The translations under genes and the position numbers were made by a program. A stretch of DNA of 64,000 nucleotides from Octopus sinensis (taxonomy: Eukaryota). Shown here in pieces: positions 39,616 to 51,554 of this stretch (positions are counted from its first letter, which is position 1; the number at the start of each line of letters is the position of its first letter). Below the pieces are notes generated by a model that had not been told where the DNA came from, ran no database searches, and was given only the letters and a program-made list of their open reading frames with translations. The DNA lies in contig NC_043024.1 of assembly GCF_006345805.1 (NCBI RefSeq), positions 15,996,001 to 16,060,000 of the forward strand, written 5' to 3'.

Positions 39616-39930
39616 CTGGAAATATAGAAAATATGCATACATTCATGCATATAAACATACATACATACTCTCACTCATACATACACACACACACATATAT
39701 ATATATATACATATATATATGGTTAGTATTATTATTATATTCATATATTTTATATATAAATATATATATGTATATATATATGTGTGTATGTGTATATATA
39801 TATATACACACACACACATATATATATATACAAATATATATATGCATATATACATATATATATACATATACACAGATATATATATACGTATATATACATA
39901 TATATATGTAAATACATGTATGCATATATA

Positions 39931-41187
39931 CGAGGGGCGTTCAATAAGTAATGCCCCTGACCCACTTGCAGTTGTTTGGTCTAGCTGAAATTTTGCATGT
40001 GCACTTATTTATATCTCTATAGATTAAGTGGTGAATTACAGCTGTGAACTAATTGTGGTTTCTGATTTACAGGTGTTTGAACTGAGTCAAGTGTGAAATG
40101 GAGCCTGCTGAGTGTCGAGCAGTGATCTGGTTTTTGTATTTGAAAGGACGCACACCACGGGAGACTTTTGATGAAATGAAAGTAACTTATGGTGATGATG
40201 CCCCATCATATGACCTTGTAAAACGCTGGCATTGTGAATTCAAACATAGTCGGAACTCTGTGGAAATAGCTCCCAGATCTGGTCGCCCCCTTCTGCCGTT
40301 GATGAGACGTCTGTCCGTCAAGTTGAGGCTGCCATTTTGGAAGGTCAACGCATAACTATTCGCCAAATAGCCCTTAAGGTCAAGATTAGTACCGGGTCTG
40401 TGGAAACTATCATTCATGACCATTTGCATATGCAAAAGGTGTCTGCCAGATGGATTTCCAGGTTGCTCACACCTTTCCAGAAGCAAGAACGCGTTGAATG
40501 CTCGAGGATGAATTTGGAGATGTGCCAAGAAGATGAGTCAAAATTTTTCAAAAGACTGATCACACAGGATAAAACCTGGGTCCATAGACCAAAGCCCAGT
40601 CAATGCAGTGAAAGCACCATGACTCACCTCCTCCAAAGAAGGCAAGGGTGCAACCCTCCGCTGACAAGGTTATGCTCACAGTCTTCTGGGACCAGGACGG
40701 AGTAGTGATGACAGATTTCCTGGCAAAGGGTGCCACAATTACAGGAGCCTATTGTGCTTCACTTTTGAGGAAATTAAAAGAAGCTATCAAAATCAAGAGG
40801 CGGGGCAAGATCAGCAAAGACATCCTCCTCCTGCAGGACAACGCTCCGGTCCACAACTCGCGTGTCGCCAGATCAGAAGCACAGGCATGCAGCTATGAAC
40901 TCCCCCCCTTGCACCCTCTGATTTTCACCTCTTCCCAGCCATGAAGTTGATTTCGAAAGGAAAGTGTTTCCCAGATGATGCAGCCTTGATTTCTGAAGTC
41001 ATGTCGTGGTTGGAGGACCAAGCTGGGGTCTTCTACAAAAACGGTCTCCAGAGCTGTATCAAACGATGGGAGAAATGCATAACTCTGGGTAGTTCCTATG
41101 TAGGAAAAGACTAATAACTGTGCCAAGTGTTGTTGCTCTACTGCTATGGGAAGTGGGTCAGAGGCATTACTTATTGAACGCCCCTCG
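39931..41187 (+). mobile_element. Full-length (1257 bp) mariner with frameshifted transposase
   Basis: TIRs cgaggggcgttcaataagtaatgc with TA flanks. Protein pieces MEPAECRAVI…RSGRP, KVSARWISRLLT, LLQDNAPVH. TIR style resembles the irritans subfamily. Confidence 0.92.
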
Positions 41188-41653
41188 TATATATATATAC
41201 ATATATATATGTATATATATGTATATATATGTCTATATATATATATATACATATATACATATACATACATATGTATATATATATATAAATATATATATAC
41301 ATACATATACATACAATACACACACACACGCACACACACACACACACACACATGTATATAAACAAATAAGAAGAAGAAAAAGAAAAAGAAAATTTTTTAA
41401 CACATCTTTAATAATGTGTTACAATAGTTTCTGTACTAGCTCTAATGTAATGCCAGTTTACGCAAAAATTCGAAGTGAAAAATTCATGTTATGTTTGCGG
41501 TTTTAGACATTAGAGAGGCATTTCATCAGACTTGCACCAAAGTGTGCTAGAATGAGAATCCAAATACAGTTAGTGATATTAATATACAGGTGGTGATTTT
41601 GATATGGGCTTTGGTATTAATATAAGAGAGTTATATGTATACATATGTAGTTA

Positions 41654-42219
41654 TTGGGTTGTCCGGAAAGTTTGTGCCAATTTATAATAGCTTACCTTTC
41701 GATTTATTTTAGAACATGGTTGAGTCCATAAAATAAGATTTGACTACACCTCCATTTAGAGCACAGTTTAAGCTATCTTTTCGTGGAAGAAGGTTTATGT
41801 TCCTATAACCTGTGTTAATTCTGTAACCCTTAAAAATGGAAAATAAGAAAGTTCATTTTCAGCACTTGATGCTTTAGGAACCAGACAAAAATTGCTGCAG
41901 CTCAGCTGGGATATGTTACCCCATCCACCATATTCACCAGATATTGCTTTTTCAGATTTCTACTTATTCAGGTCTCTGCAAAATAGTCTTAATGGTAAAA
42001 ATTTCAATTCCTTGGATGACATAAAAAGATACCTTGATGAATTCTTTGCCATGAAACCACCTAAATTCTGGGAAGAGGGTATTTTCAAGTTAAAGGAAAG
42101 ATGGAGTTGCATTGTGCAAAAAAATGGTTCATATTTGGTTGATTAAAAATGCAATGGCAAGTATTTATTGACCTTTTTCTTTCCTTTAAAAATTGGCACA
42201 AACTTTCCGGACAACCTAA
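41654..42219 (+). mobile_element. Internally deleted mariner derivative (566 bp)
   Basis: TIRs ttgggttgtccggaaagtttgtgccaattt with TA flanks. Retains the C-terminus HPPYSPDIAFSDFYLFRSLQN. Confidence 0.9.
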
Positions 42220-42596
42220 TATATGAATACAGATACCGTGATATTGAGATGGAGGTTATGATATCACTACAAATGGAAACATCAATGTTTCACTTGTGAT
42301 GTTATAAAATAGGTGATGGTGACGAGGTGGCAGAATCATTAGCGCACTGCGTAAAACACTTAGCAGAATTTTGTAAGTCTGTACGTTCTGAGTTCAAATT
42401 CTACCGAGGTCGATTTTGCTTTTCATCCCTTTTGGGGGTCGATGAAATAAGTACCTGTTGATCACTGGGGTTGATGTAATCGACTATCCCTGCTCTAAAA
42501 AATTTAGACCTTGTGCCTCTAACAGAGAGGATGTTATATCATGGACAGAGGAGATATGAAGGTGGGAAACGCGGCAGACAGAACTGTCATATATGT

Positions 42597-42646
<50 letters not shown>

Positions 42647-43037
42647 TGTATGTCTATGGGCTTGTGTTTGTGCTTGCATTTACACCTTAGAAACTGTTGC
42701 TAGTGTTTATGGAGATCAAGAAATAAATTCTAGAATTAAAAATATAAGTTCTTGAGTTGATTTGATTGATTGAATCTTTAGAATTATTTCTTCTAGCATG
42801 GCTACTGTCCGATGGTTCAAACAAGTCGAAGAATATACCAAACTGCACCAAATTCCACTCACAAAGTATCAATCAACCCAATGTTATTAGAAAATATTTC
42901 TGCAAGGAGTCTTGCACTGAGATTGAACTCATAACCATGCTGATATGAAGCCAAGACCGAAAAGCTATGCCTGTGCCTATATACAATGAAGTATACAGAA
43001 ATATCTTTTACGGAGACAGTTTCTAGTAAAATGTTAC

Positions 43038-43124
43038 CTCCATTGTCCTGAATTCTATTTTCCATCCAGATTTCTCATCAGGAAGTTTCAGTTTTAGGCT
43101 TTGCCAATTACTTCCAATGACGGC
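43038..43124 (-). CDS. GCLC: GCLC-like copy B exon, AVIGSNWQSLKLKLPDEKSGWKIEFRTME
   Basis: AG/GT boundaries; 87 nt. Matches GCLC NIQSTNWQTMRFKPPP…GWRVEFRPME. Confidence 0.92.
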
Positions 43125-43789
43125 CTTAAAACAGAATGTTAAACAAGGGTCTTCAATGATATAGAACATATACAACAATTTAATATAATATACTGTATTT
43201 ATTCGTATGCAATATATAATCACATATAATGCACATTACTGGTTATGTAAATCAAAAGGCAACACCTCTCTTGTATAATAGACACTGGTTTTTCTGTAGT
43301 ATTATGATATCTGGGAAATAAGTGTTTAGTCAGATTTATTATAAGAAAAAGTGAATACTAAAGTGACCTTTGACATTTACTAGAGTAGAATGTAAATATG
43401 ATAGACAGTAAATATCAGAGATAAATGTACCCAGAGAAATGAAACACCAAGCTAACGATACTTTTGAAAATTGTATTAAAAAATTACTCGTTATTTCATA
43501 ACCAAATACTAGTAATTTAAAATGATATATTTTTGCTTTTCATAATTTTTGTTTAAAAAGTTCTAATTTTTTACCTAAACTACTTTTCATTTAGCAGCTA
43601 ATTAAGTGATAATCATTATACTCTATCTTTATTTCTTATTTAAAATAACCCTTTAGGAAATAAATACAAAAAGGAAATTCCCTTGACAGCGGCAGTAGTT
43701 TGCTCCTTAAATTTGATTTTGAAATGCCTGCTACTCCAACCACTGTAATTTCCATCACACTGACTTTAATTTTAAATCAACCTTTCCAT

Positions 43790-44450
43790 TTTTTCCTCGT
43801 TTGCTGGTCAGCAGCAGCGGAGCTGCTCTCTGACTATCTATCTGCGGTTTTATATAGCTATGGTAAGACCTCACCTGGAATTTGCATCGCCGGTCTGGAA
43901 CCCCTATCTTGCCCAGGATATCAATCGTCTGGAAGCCATTCAGCGACGTGCAACCAAAAGAATACCCTCCAATAGGCATTTGCCATATTCTGAATGCCTT
44001 ACTTCTTCCCTGGCCATGGACACATTGAAACTCCGACGTCTGGCAGCTGACTTGGCAGACACCCATAAAATTATCAACCATCTTACAAACAATAACTCTG
44101 AGCACCTTTTCAAACTCCACCTGTCTAACACCCGTGGGCATATTTACAAAGTCAGAAAACAGCACAGCTCCCATGACTTTAGGAAACATTTTTTCACACT
44201 GAGAGTTGCTGAAGCATGGAACAAACTACCGGCATCAGTTGTTAGTTGTCAGAGCACTGCATCCTTCAAAACTTCCATGCTTTCTGAGATTTGCCAACAC
44301 TACACCAGATTTTCTCCCCTCCATACAAACACAAGCATGTATCTGACTCATACACTGTTCACTTTCCAGACATTTGTACATTACTGCATATACTCTGACA
44401 AGTTGAGGTGCACCTGAGCACTGTATACAATAATTTCATTATTATTAAAA
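43790..44450 (+). mobile_element. CR1/L2-group LINE 3' fragment
   Basis: VRPHLEFASPVWNPY…LEAIQRRATK…TRGH…FFTLRVAEAWNKLP. Confidence 0.88.
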
Positions 44451-46484
44451 ATAATATTTGTTTTACCTCTAATGTCCTCTTACTCTCTATTTGTTGTTTT
44501 TACAAACTCTCATTCAAGCACTATCTGATTTACGTGATAGTGAACAAACATACAAGTTAATTATCATACATTCTTTTATTCTTTTACACGTTTCAGTCAT
44601 TTGACTGCAGCCATGCTGGAGCACACCTTAAAGTGTTTTAGTCAAGGAAATCAACCACAGGACTTAATCTTTGTAAGCCTAGTATTTATTCTATCGGTCT
44701 CTTTTGCCAAACTGCTAAGTTAAATATACCAGCATTGGCTGTTGAGCGATGGTGTGGGGACAAATACACACATACACACGCACATATATATATATAATAT
44801 TAAGGAGTATAACTTCAAACTTACAGGGAAAAATTCAATTTAGTATTAAATCAAATTTCACAATATAAATATATAATATATATAAATTAGAGAAAACCCA
44901 CTATTATGCAATTCAAACAATGATAGACATAAACCAAATCATATAGAAATATGATAACCTTCACTGTGGTTGGGAAACAAGCTATATATATATATGATGG
45001 GATTCTTTCAGTTTCCATCAACAGTTATCTCTGATACTTACTGTCTATCATACTTAAATTCTGCTCAAGTAAATGTCAAAGGTCACTTTAGGATTTGCTT
45101 TTTCTTTATTTAAGGATGCAGCAAATCATATTCTATATGATTTGGTTTATGTCTATCATTGTTTGAATTACATAATAGTGGCTTTTCTCTAATTTATATA
45201 TATATATATATACAACGGGCTTCTTTCAGCTTCTGTCTAACAAATCTACTCACAATGGTTTGGTCGGTCTGAGGCCACAGCAGAAGGCACTTGCCTAAAG
45301 TGCCATGCAGTAGGACTGAACCCGGAACTATGTGGTTGGAAAGCACAAAATATACGATGGGATTATTTTAGTTTCCATCTACAAAATCTACTCATAAGGC
45401 TTTGGTTGGCCCAAGGCTTTAGTAGAAGATACTTGCCCAAGAAGTCATGCAGTGAGATTGAACCCACAATCATGTGGTTGGGAAGCAAGCTTCTTACCAC
45501 AGGACATCATTTTAAGATTAATTGCTCATTCATTTTTAGCATACTCATTAAAATATGCCAAAACACCTATCAGAACCTATACTTGTACAAAAGCTGCTTT
45601 TTGTGTCTTTTCTTACCTGCTTCTCTCCTCTGTACAAAAATGTTGTCACCATTAACTGTTGAACTATGTATATGTGAAATTTATGTTTATCTACTTTTAT
45701 GCTAAACATGTTACCCTTAAAGATTGTTTTAGCCGATTATGCCTATGCATACAAGTCAGTCTTGGATTTCATGCAATGTATTAACCTGTCCGATTTTAAC
45801 GACCTGTTAGTGATTAAGTCCTTAATCATCGTAGATTGTTTTCTTTGATATTTATACATCAGTTCTTTATATAAAGAGAATGCTATTTGGTGATAATTTT
45901 TTAGGTGCTTATATTTTATCATTTGCTTGTTTCAGTCATTGGACTACAGACAAAGCCTGGTACTTATTCCTCGGTTATTTTTGCCAAATCGCTAGATTAC
46001 AAGGACGTAAAGAAACAAACATCGGTTGTCAAGCAATAATGGATACAAACACCAATAAAAAGACACACAAACACTGGAATATATACACATACAAACACAC
46101 ACACACATATGCGTGCGCACACACACAGAAATAGATAGACAGACAGACAGATAGATACACAATATGCTTTCAGTTTTTGTCTATCTAATCTCCTCACAAA
46201 GCTTTGGTCAACCCGGGGCTATAGTAGAAAACACTTGCACAAACTGCTACAAAGTGAGATTGAACCCAAGACCACACGGTTGTGAAGCAAGCTTGTCGAC
46301 TACACAGCCATGCCTAAGAAGATGACAAAATTTAAGGACTTAGACAAGTTTTAGGGATTCGTTGCATTTAAACATTATTACAGTCAAGCAATTACATTAT
46401 CTGGAAGTTAACACAATGTTTCCAGTCAACCGTTTATACTAAGAAATATTTTATCTGCATAATACTAACCAACCCTAACCCTAG

Positions 46485-46780
46485 AGGTTAGAGTAGCGGA
46501 CTCATGGTCAAGGGATCGCGGGTTCGAATCTCAGACCAGGCAATGTGTGTGTTTATGAGCGAAACACCTAAGCTCCATGCAGCTCCGGCAGAAGGTAATG
46601 GCGAACTTCTGCTGACTCTTTCGCCACAACTTTCTCTCTCTCTTTCCTCCTGCATCTTGCAGCTCACCTGCGACAGGCAAGTGTCCCGTCCAGATAGGGA
46701 GCCTATACGCCAATGAAACCAGGAAACCGGCCCTTATGAGCCAGGCATGTCTTGAGATGGAACAAACAACAGCAACAACA
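46485..46780 (+). mobile_element. tRNA-derived SINE; related copies at about 36530-36810 (-) and 48976-49335 (+)
   Basis: B box GGTTCGAATC and shared body gagcgaaacacctaagctcc. Confidence 0.78.
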
Positions 46781-47429
46781 ACATTACTAATTAATGCTTT
46801 AGGTGGTAAGTTACTAGAGTCATTAGAAAGTCAGAGAGTGCAGTTTGTATTATTTGCTTAGGATCTCTGTGATGTATTTTTAAATCCTGCCAAGGTAAAC
46901 TTTGCCATAATTTTGGGTGTGATAAATAAAATACCAATTCAATTTTGAGGTTGAGTTTTCTTTCTTTTCCCCTCTCTCTCTTTTTCTGTATGTGTGTGTG
47001 AGTGTCTCTCTCTCTCTCTCTCCCTCTCTCTCTCTGTTTTTCTACATCTCTTTTTCTCTCTGTGTGTACCTCTTGTTTTTAATGTCCTCCTCTGCTTCCC
47101 TCCCTCTCTGTCTCTCTATTTTTCTGAGTGTCTCTCTCTTTCTCTCTGTCTCATTCTGTTTCTTTTTTCTCTACGTGTCTCTCTCTCTCTCTCTCATTCT
47201 CTTCCTGTCTCCCTCTCTCCTCAACCCCTCTCTGTCTCAGGAAGAAATCAGTTACAGCTAAACCTGAATAAGGACACGCTCCAGCAATTTTAAAATACCC
47301 AGGACACAACATAAAACACGACACCACCTCTGTGACTCCACCAAGCATTGAAGGCCCAAGAAAGGAAGAAATTTATCCATTGTAGAATTAATTTCTAGCA
47401 TCATAACTCCCATAGATTTATTTATAAAC

Positions 47430-47810
47430 TAGCAGTATCGCCCGGCGTTGCTCAGGTTTGTAAGGGAAATAACTATAAAGCATTTTTAGAGAGTTATAGC
47501 CAAAAAAATAGCAAAAAAATGGAAAAAAATGATGGTAAATTTTTTTGAGAGTTAAAAAAGGTCGAGTTGCGTCCCCTAGACAATCTGTGGTTTGTGTTTC
47601 TGATTCTCAACCCCATGTCGAATTTATCGATTTTTTTCAGAACTGGGGGAACTTTTCAAAATTTTCGCTGCGTTAGTTTTGAATTATGACATTGGGCTAT
47701 GTGTGTGTCAAGTTTCATCAGAATCGGTTGAAAGCCGTGGTCAGGGTGAGGGTACAACCAAACAGACACACAGAAACACACACAGACAAACTGCCGTTTA
47801 TATATAGAGA
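47430..47810 (+). mobile_element. Non-autonomous interspersed element, possibly Helitron/Helentron-like
   Basis: Starts ACTAGCAGTATCGCCCGGCGTTGC and ends …tatatagaga. A similar start occurs at 4495. Class is inference. Confidence 0.45.
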
Positions 47811-47848
47811 GATTATCAAAAGGATATATTTTACAAATATATATTTAC

Positions 47849-47961
47849 CTGAATGTGATCTGTATCTTTCATTATGTCTTGATCGATCTTCTCTTTGTAT
47901 AAAGCGATTGGGTCTCTGACCAGGAGTTGGGCAACGTATTTGGACATCATTTCATCAACAC
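47849..47961 (-). CDS. GCLC: GCLC-like copy B exon, (G)VDEMMSKYVAQLLVRDPIALYKEKIDQDIMKDTDHIQ
   Basis: AG/GT boundaries; 113 nt. Matches GCLC [29 protein letters not shown]…DHFE. Confidence 0.9.
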
Positions 47962-48062
47962 CTGATTAATTAACAAATAATTTAATCAGTTTTAATAATT
48001 TATAAAACTGTTGCATACTTTTACAAGGAAACTGATTAACACAGACAGACACTGGCAAGCAT

Positions 48063-48103
<41 letters not shown>

Positions 48104-48282
48104 TACATACATACATACATACATAGGCAGCCACGCACATACACATATGCACACACATGCACACGCACATACACGCACACATCTGCACATATACACTGAC
48201 ACGTGCACATACACACGCATGTATGTACACACACACACACACACAAACACAAACACATATATATTTATGTATGTATATATGC

Positions 48283-48640
48283 GCTGGCTCGGTCCTGTAC
48301 ATCGCATGCCAGACGGAAGAATCCCAAAAGATCTCTTGTCTAGGGAATTGTCCAGCGGCACAAGAGCACGAGGACGTCTGCAAGAGAGATATGATGTCAA
48401 TAGATTTGGACAACCTGAGATAGGAGGAGGTCACAAGTATTCGCCCACGCTGGAGTCAAATACTGCGAAACGGGATGAAGCGAGGGGAAGAAAAGCAGGA
48501 ACTTGCCATCAAAGGAAACTGCACTCGACGGAAGGAAAAACCAGTAGCACCGGCAGAGAGTTCCTTCAAATGCAGTTGCTGTATGCGTGACTGCCACTCG
48601 CTTGTGGGCCTGTACTGCCACAAGAGATGCTGTACCACCT
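48283..48640 (+). mobile_element. RTE-BovB-like LINE C-terminal fragment
   Basis: RWLGPVHRMPDGRIPKDLL…RGR and terminal CxxCxRxCHS…H motif. Confidence 0.82.
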
Positions 48641-50340
48641 TCAGCAGCTGACACAATTTCTTCGGGTGCAGATCCATGGCTTCGCAGGACCGACAACTGC
48701 ATACTACAAACGCACACACAAACACACATACACGCACACGTGCAGGCACATGCACACACACACACACGTACACACACACACACACACGCACACGTACACA
48801 CACACACACGCACACACACACGCATGATCTTTTATTCCAGTCTCCATCATTAGGTTTGTAGCCAGAATAAGTTAGATTTACCACAAGAGTTACGTCCCCT
48901 CTACAGAGTTACCTACCTTCGTAAAACTGTAGTTGTAATGATCATGTTAAAACATCTACGCTACTATACACACGGATGCGCAATGGCTCAGTGGTTAGGG
49001 CAGCGGACTCATGGTCATAGAATCTAGGTTTCGATTCCTAGACCGGGTGTTGTGAGTGTATATTGAGCGAAAACACCTAAAGCTCCACGTAGCTCCGGCA
49101 GGGGATGGTGGTGAACCCTGCTGTATTCTTCCCCTACAACTTTCTCTCTTCCTTCCAGTTTCTGTTGTATCAGTATTTCAAAGGCCAGCCTTGTCACATT
49201 TTGGGTCACACTGAATCTCTCCGAGAACTACATTAAGGGTACACGTGTCTGTGGAGTGCTCAGCCATTTATACCTTAATTTCACGAGCAGGCTGTACCAT
49301 TGATCGGATCAACTGGAACCCACTATAGACGCACGATCTACTGTCTATATGCATACGTACGTACGTACGTACATACATACATACATACATGCATACAATC
49401 ATATATACGTACATACATACATACATGCATGCATACATGCATACAATCATATATACGTACATGCATGCATACATGCATGCATACATACATACATACATAC
49501 ATACATACATACATACATACATGCATGCATACAATCATATATACGTACATACATGCATACATGCATGCATACATACATACATGCATGCATGCATGCATGC
49601 ATACATACATACATACAATCATTCACACATACAATCATACACACACACATACATACATACAAACAAACAAACAAACAAACAAAGACCCACTTCAGTCACG
49701 AATGACCATGGTATTGCACCTAGAAAGTTACTCTCTGAGGCACAAATCTGGACATGGTTTTTCTTTTTTATGGAAGACCAGCAGTCGTCAATGCATACCA
49801 GCCTCCTCTCTCCACACCACTGATGTTATCCAAGGAAAAGGCAAAGGGGCTGATACAGCTTGGCACCAGTGACATCACAACAGCTGAGTGAACTGGAGCA
49901 ACATGAAATAAAGTGTCTTGCTCAAGAACACAACACACAGCCCAGTCCGGGATTCGAACTCACTACTTCAAGATTGCAGCCTGATGCTCTAACCACTGAG
50001 CCATGTGCCTTCAAATGCAGAGAAACTGTTTTTAACTTCACTAAATCATTTATTATTTAGTGCTAAAATCTTCATCACTGACCAGGTTGCAAATAACACA
50101 ATGAAAATTTTGATACCAAGTAAGTAAATGGGTGAATGAAGTTAATAGTTTCTGTGAATGGTTAACAAAAGTCATGGATACTGTAACTGTTTAATGAATG
50201 TAATTATGATTGAATATTTACAACACAGTAGCAAAGTAAAAGGAAATGTGTTAATTAATTCTGTCAACTGGTCAATGATAATATTTTTATATAAAATGAA
50301 TCAAAAATTATTTTTATGTTTTTAGAGAATTTCTAAATAC

Positions 50341-50479
50341 CTTCAGCTTTCAATAATTCATACTGCTCAGGATCATAAGTGAAATCATAATCATTATAAA
50401 ATTGGTCACTCACAGAAAGGTAACTGCTTACTGTATCATAACGGGATTTCTTCATCAAAATGTTACCATTTGTCAAAGG
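50341..50479 (-). CDS. GCLC: GCLC-like copy B exon, PLTNGNILMKKSRYDTVSSYLSVSDQFYNDYDFTYDPEQYELLKAE(G)
   Basis: AG/GT boundaries; 139 nt. Matches GCLC PLKNNNYRISKSRYDSIDSYLS…YNDIDL…YEQLLQEG. Confidence 0.92.
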
Positions 50480-50689
50480 CTAAAAGGAGAAGATATAAAG
50501 TCAAAACAACTCAAAGTTGCAAGAATAAGCTGCTGCTTTTGACATGAAGAGAAGATATTATGAAGTAAGAATGATGGCTTTATGTAAAAGCACAAAAATA
50601 TGCTACTATTTATGACATGGGAACAATGTATTTGTCCACAAGAAATTGAAATAACTTAAAAATTAGTTAAATATTCTCACAAATACTTC

Positions 50690-51400
50690 ATGACAATGAG
50701 ACATATCTGTTCCGGAAGCACACATCACTAACACGAGGAAAATAGTATATCGTTACCATTTAGTATGGACTGGAAGGTAATGCAGCTAGAGGCTCTTAGT
50801 TAAAACCCAATCTTGTGAATCCTTGACAGAAAACCTACTCAACTTCTTCATAGAATGAAAGAACTTCTCGGAAATCAACAGATAGAAGAGTCTTATCTTA
50901 AGGAAGTTTTCTTTGGCAAGTTACCTCAAACACTACTTTCAGCAGTGAAAGAGCAAAATTCTCTCAAACATATTTGGCAGATGGTTTTATGGAATTAACT
51001 TCTAGATAGTCTGTAAATACCTTGCCATCCATTTCTTCAGAATTATAGTTGATGAAAGAAACTTATGAGAAACAATTTAAATTATTAACAGACAAGATCA
51101 AAAGTTTTCAACTGGGAAGAGATAAATGCTTTTATAATAGAAATAATGCAAGATGGTGCAGATGATTGAAAAGACCCAAGAGAAACGCTAGAAAAATGAA
51201 GCTATCACTTTAAAGGATGATGAATTAAGGCTTTTCAAAGCATAAAAGAAAAACTTTGGCCAGAAGCTTATCCAATCAAAGACATATCTGCAGTAACTAT
51301 AGCAAGAACTTTATTTACAAATTGGACATCTATATTTGGCATACCCAACACATTGACAACAGATCGCGGAAGAAAATTTGAGTCAACACTTTTCGTAGAA
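50690..51400 (+). mobile_element. Decayed Ty3/Gypsy relic (gag-like and integrase pieces)
   Basis: RKPTQLLHRMKELLG…FGKLP and WPEAYPIKDISAVTIA…FGIPNTLTTDRGRKFES. Confidence 0.75.
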
Positions 51401-51554
51401 AATATTTTTCAGAAGAATTTTTTAGTGCATATGTCAAGAGTTCAGAAAAATGGTTTTATTATCCACAGGCCATGCCTGTCTTTGCTGGCATCAGCTTACA
51501 TATTTCACCAAACTCTGCTGCATTTATTAAAGCTATTCCTAAAAATATTTATAG

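Noticed and set aside
43340-45200. Inverted matches 43340-43425/45025-45115 and 44880-44955/45122-45200
   Set aside because: Best explained as fragments of one dispersed repeat family in opposite orientations; no TSD or coherent element boundary is visible.
45617-45655. Candidate GCLC exon ending …QRREAG|gtaag on the minus strand
   Set aside because: Weak similarity; the true exon for that segment is at 50341-50479 and joins directly to 47961.
46468-46484. AACCCTAACCCTA telomere-like motif
   Set aside because: Only about two units, at the edge of a SINE.
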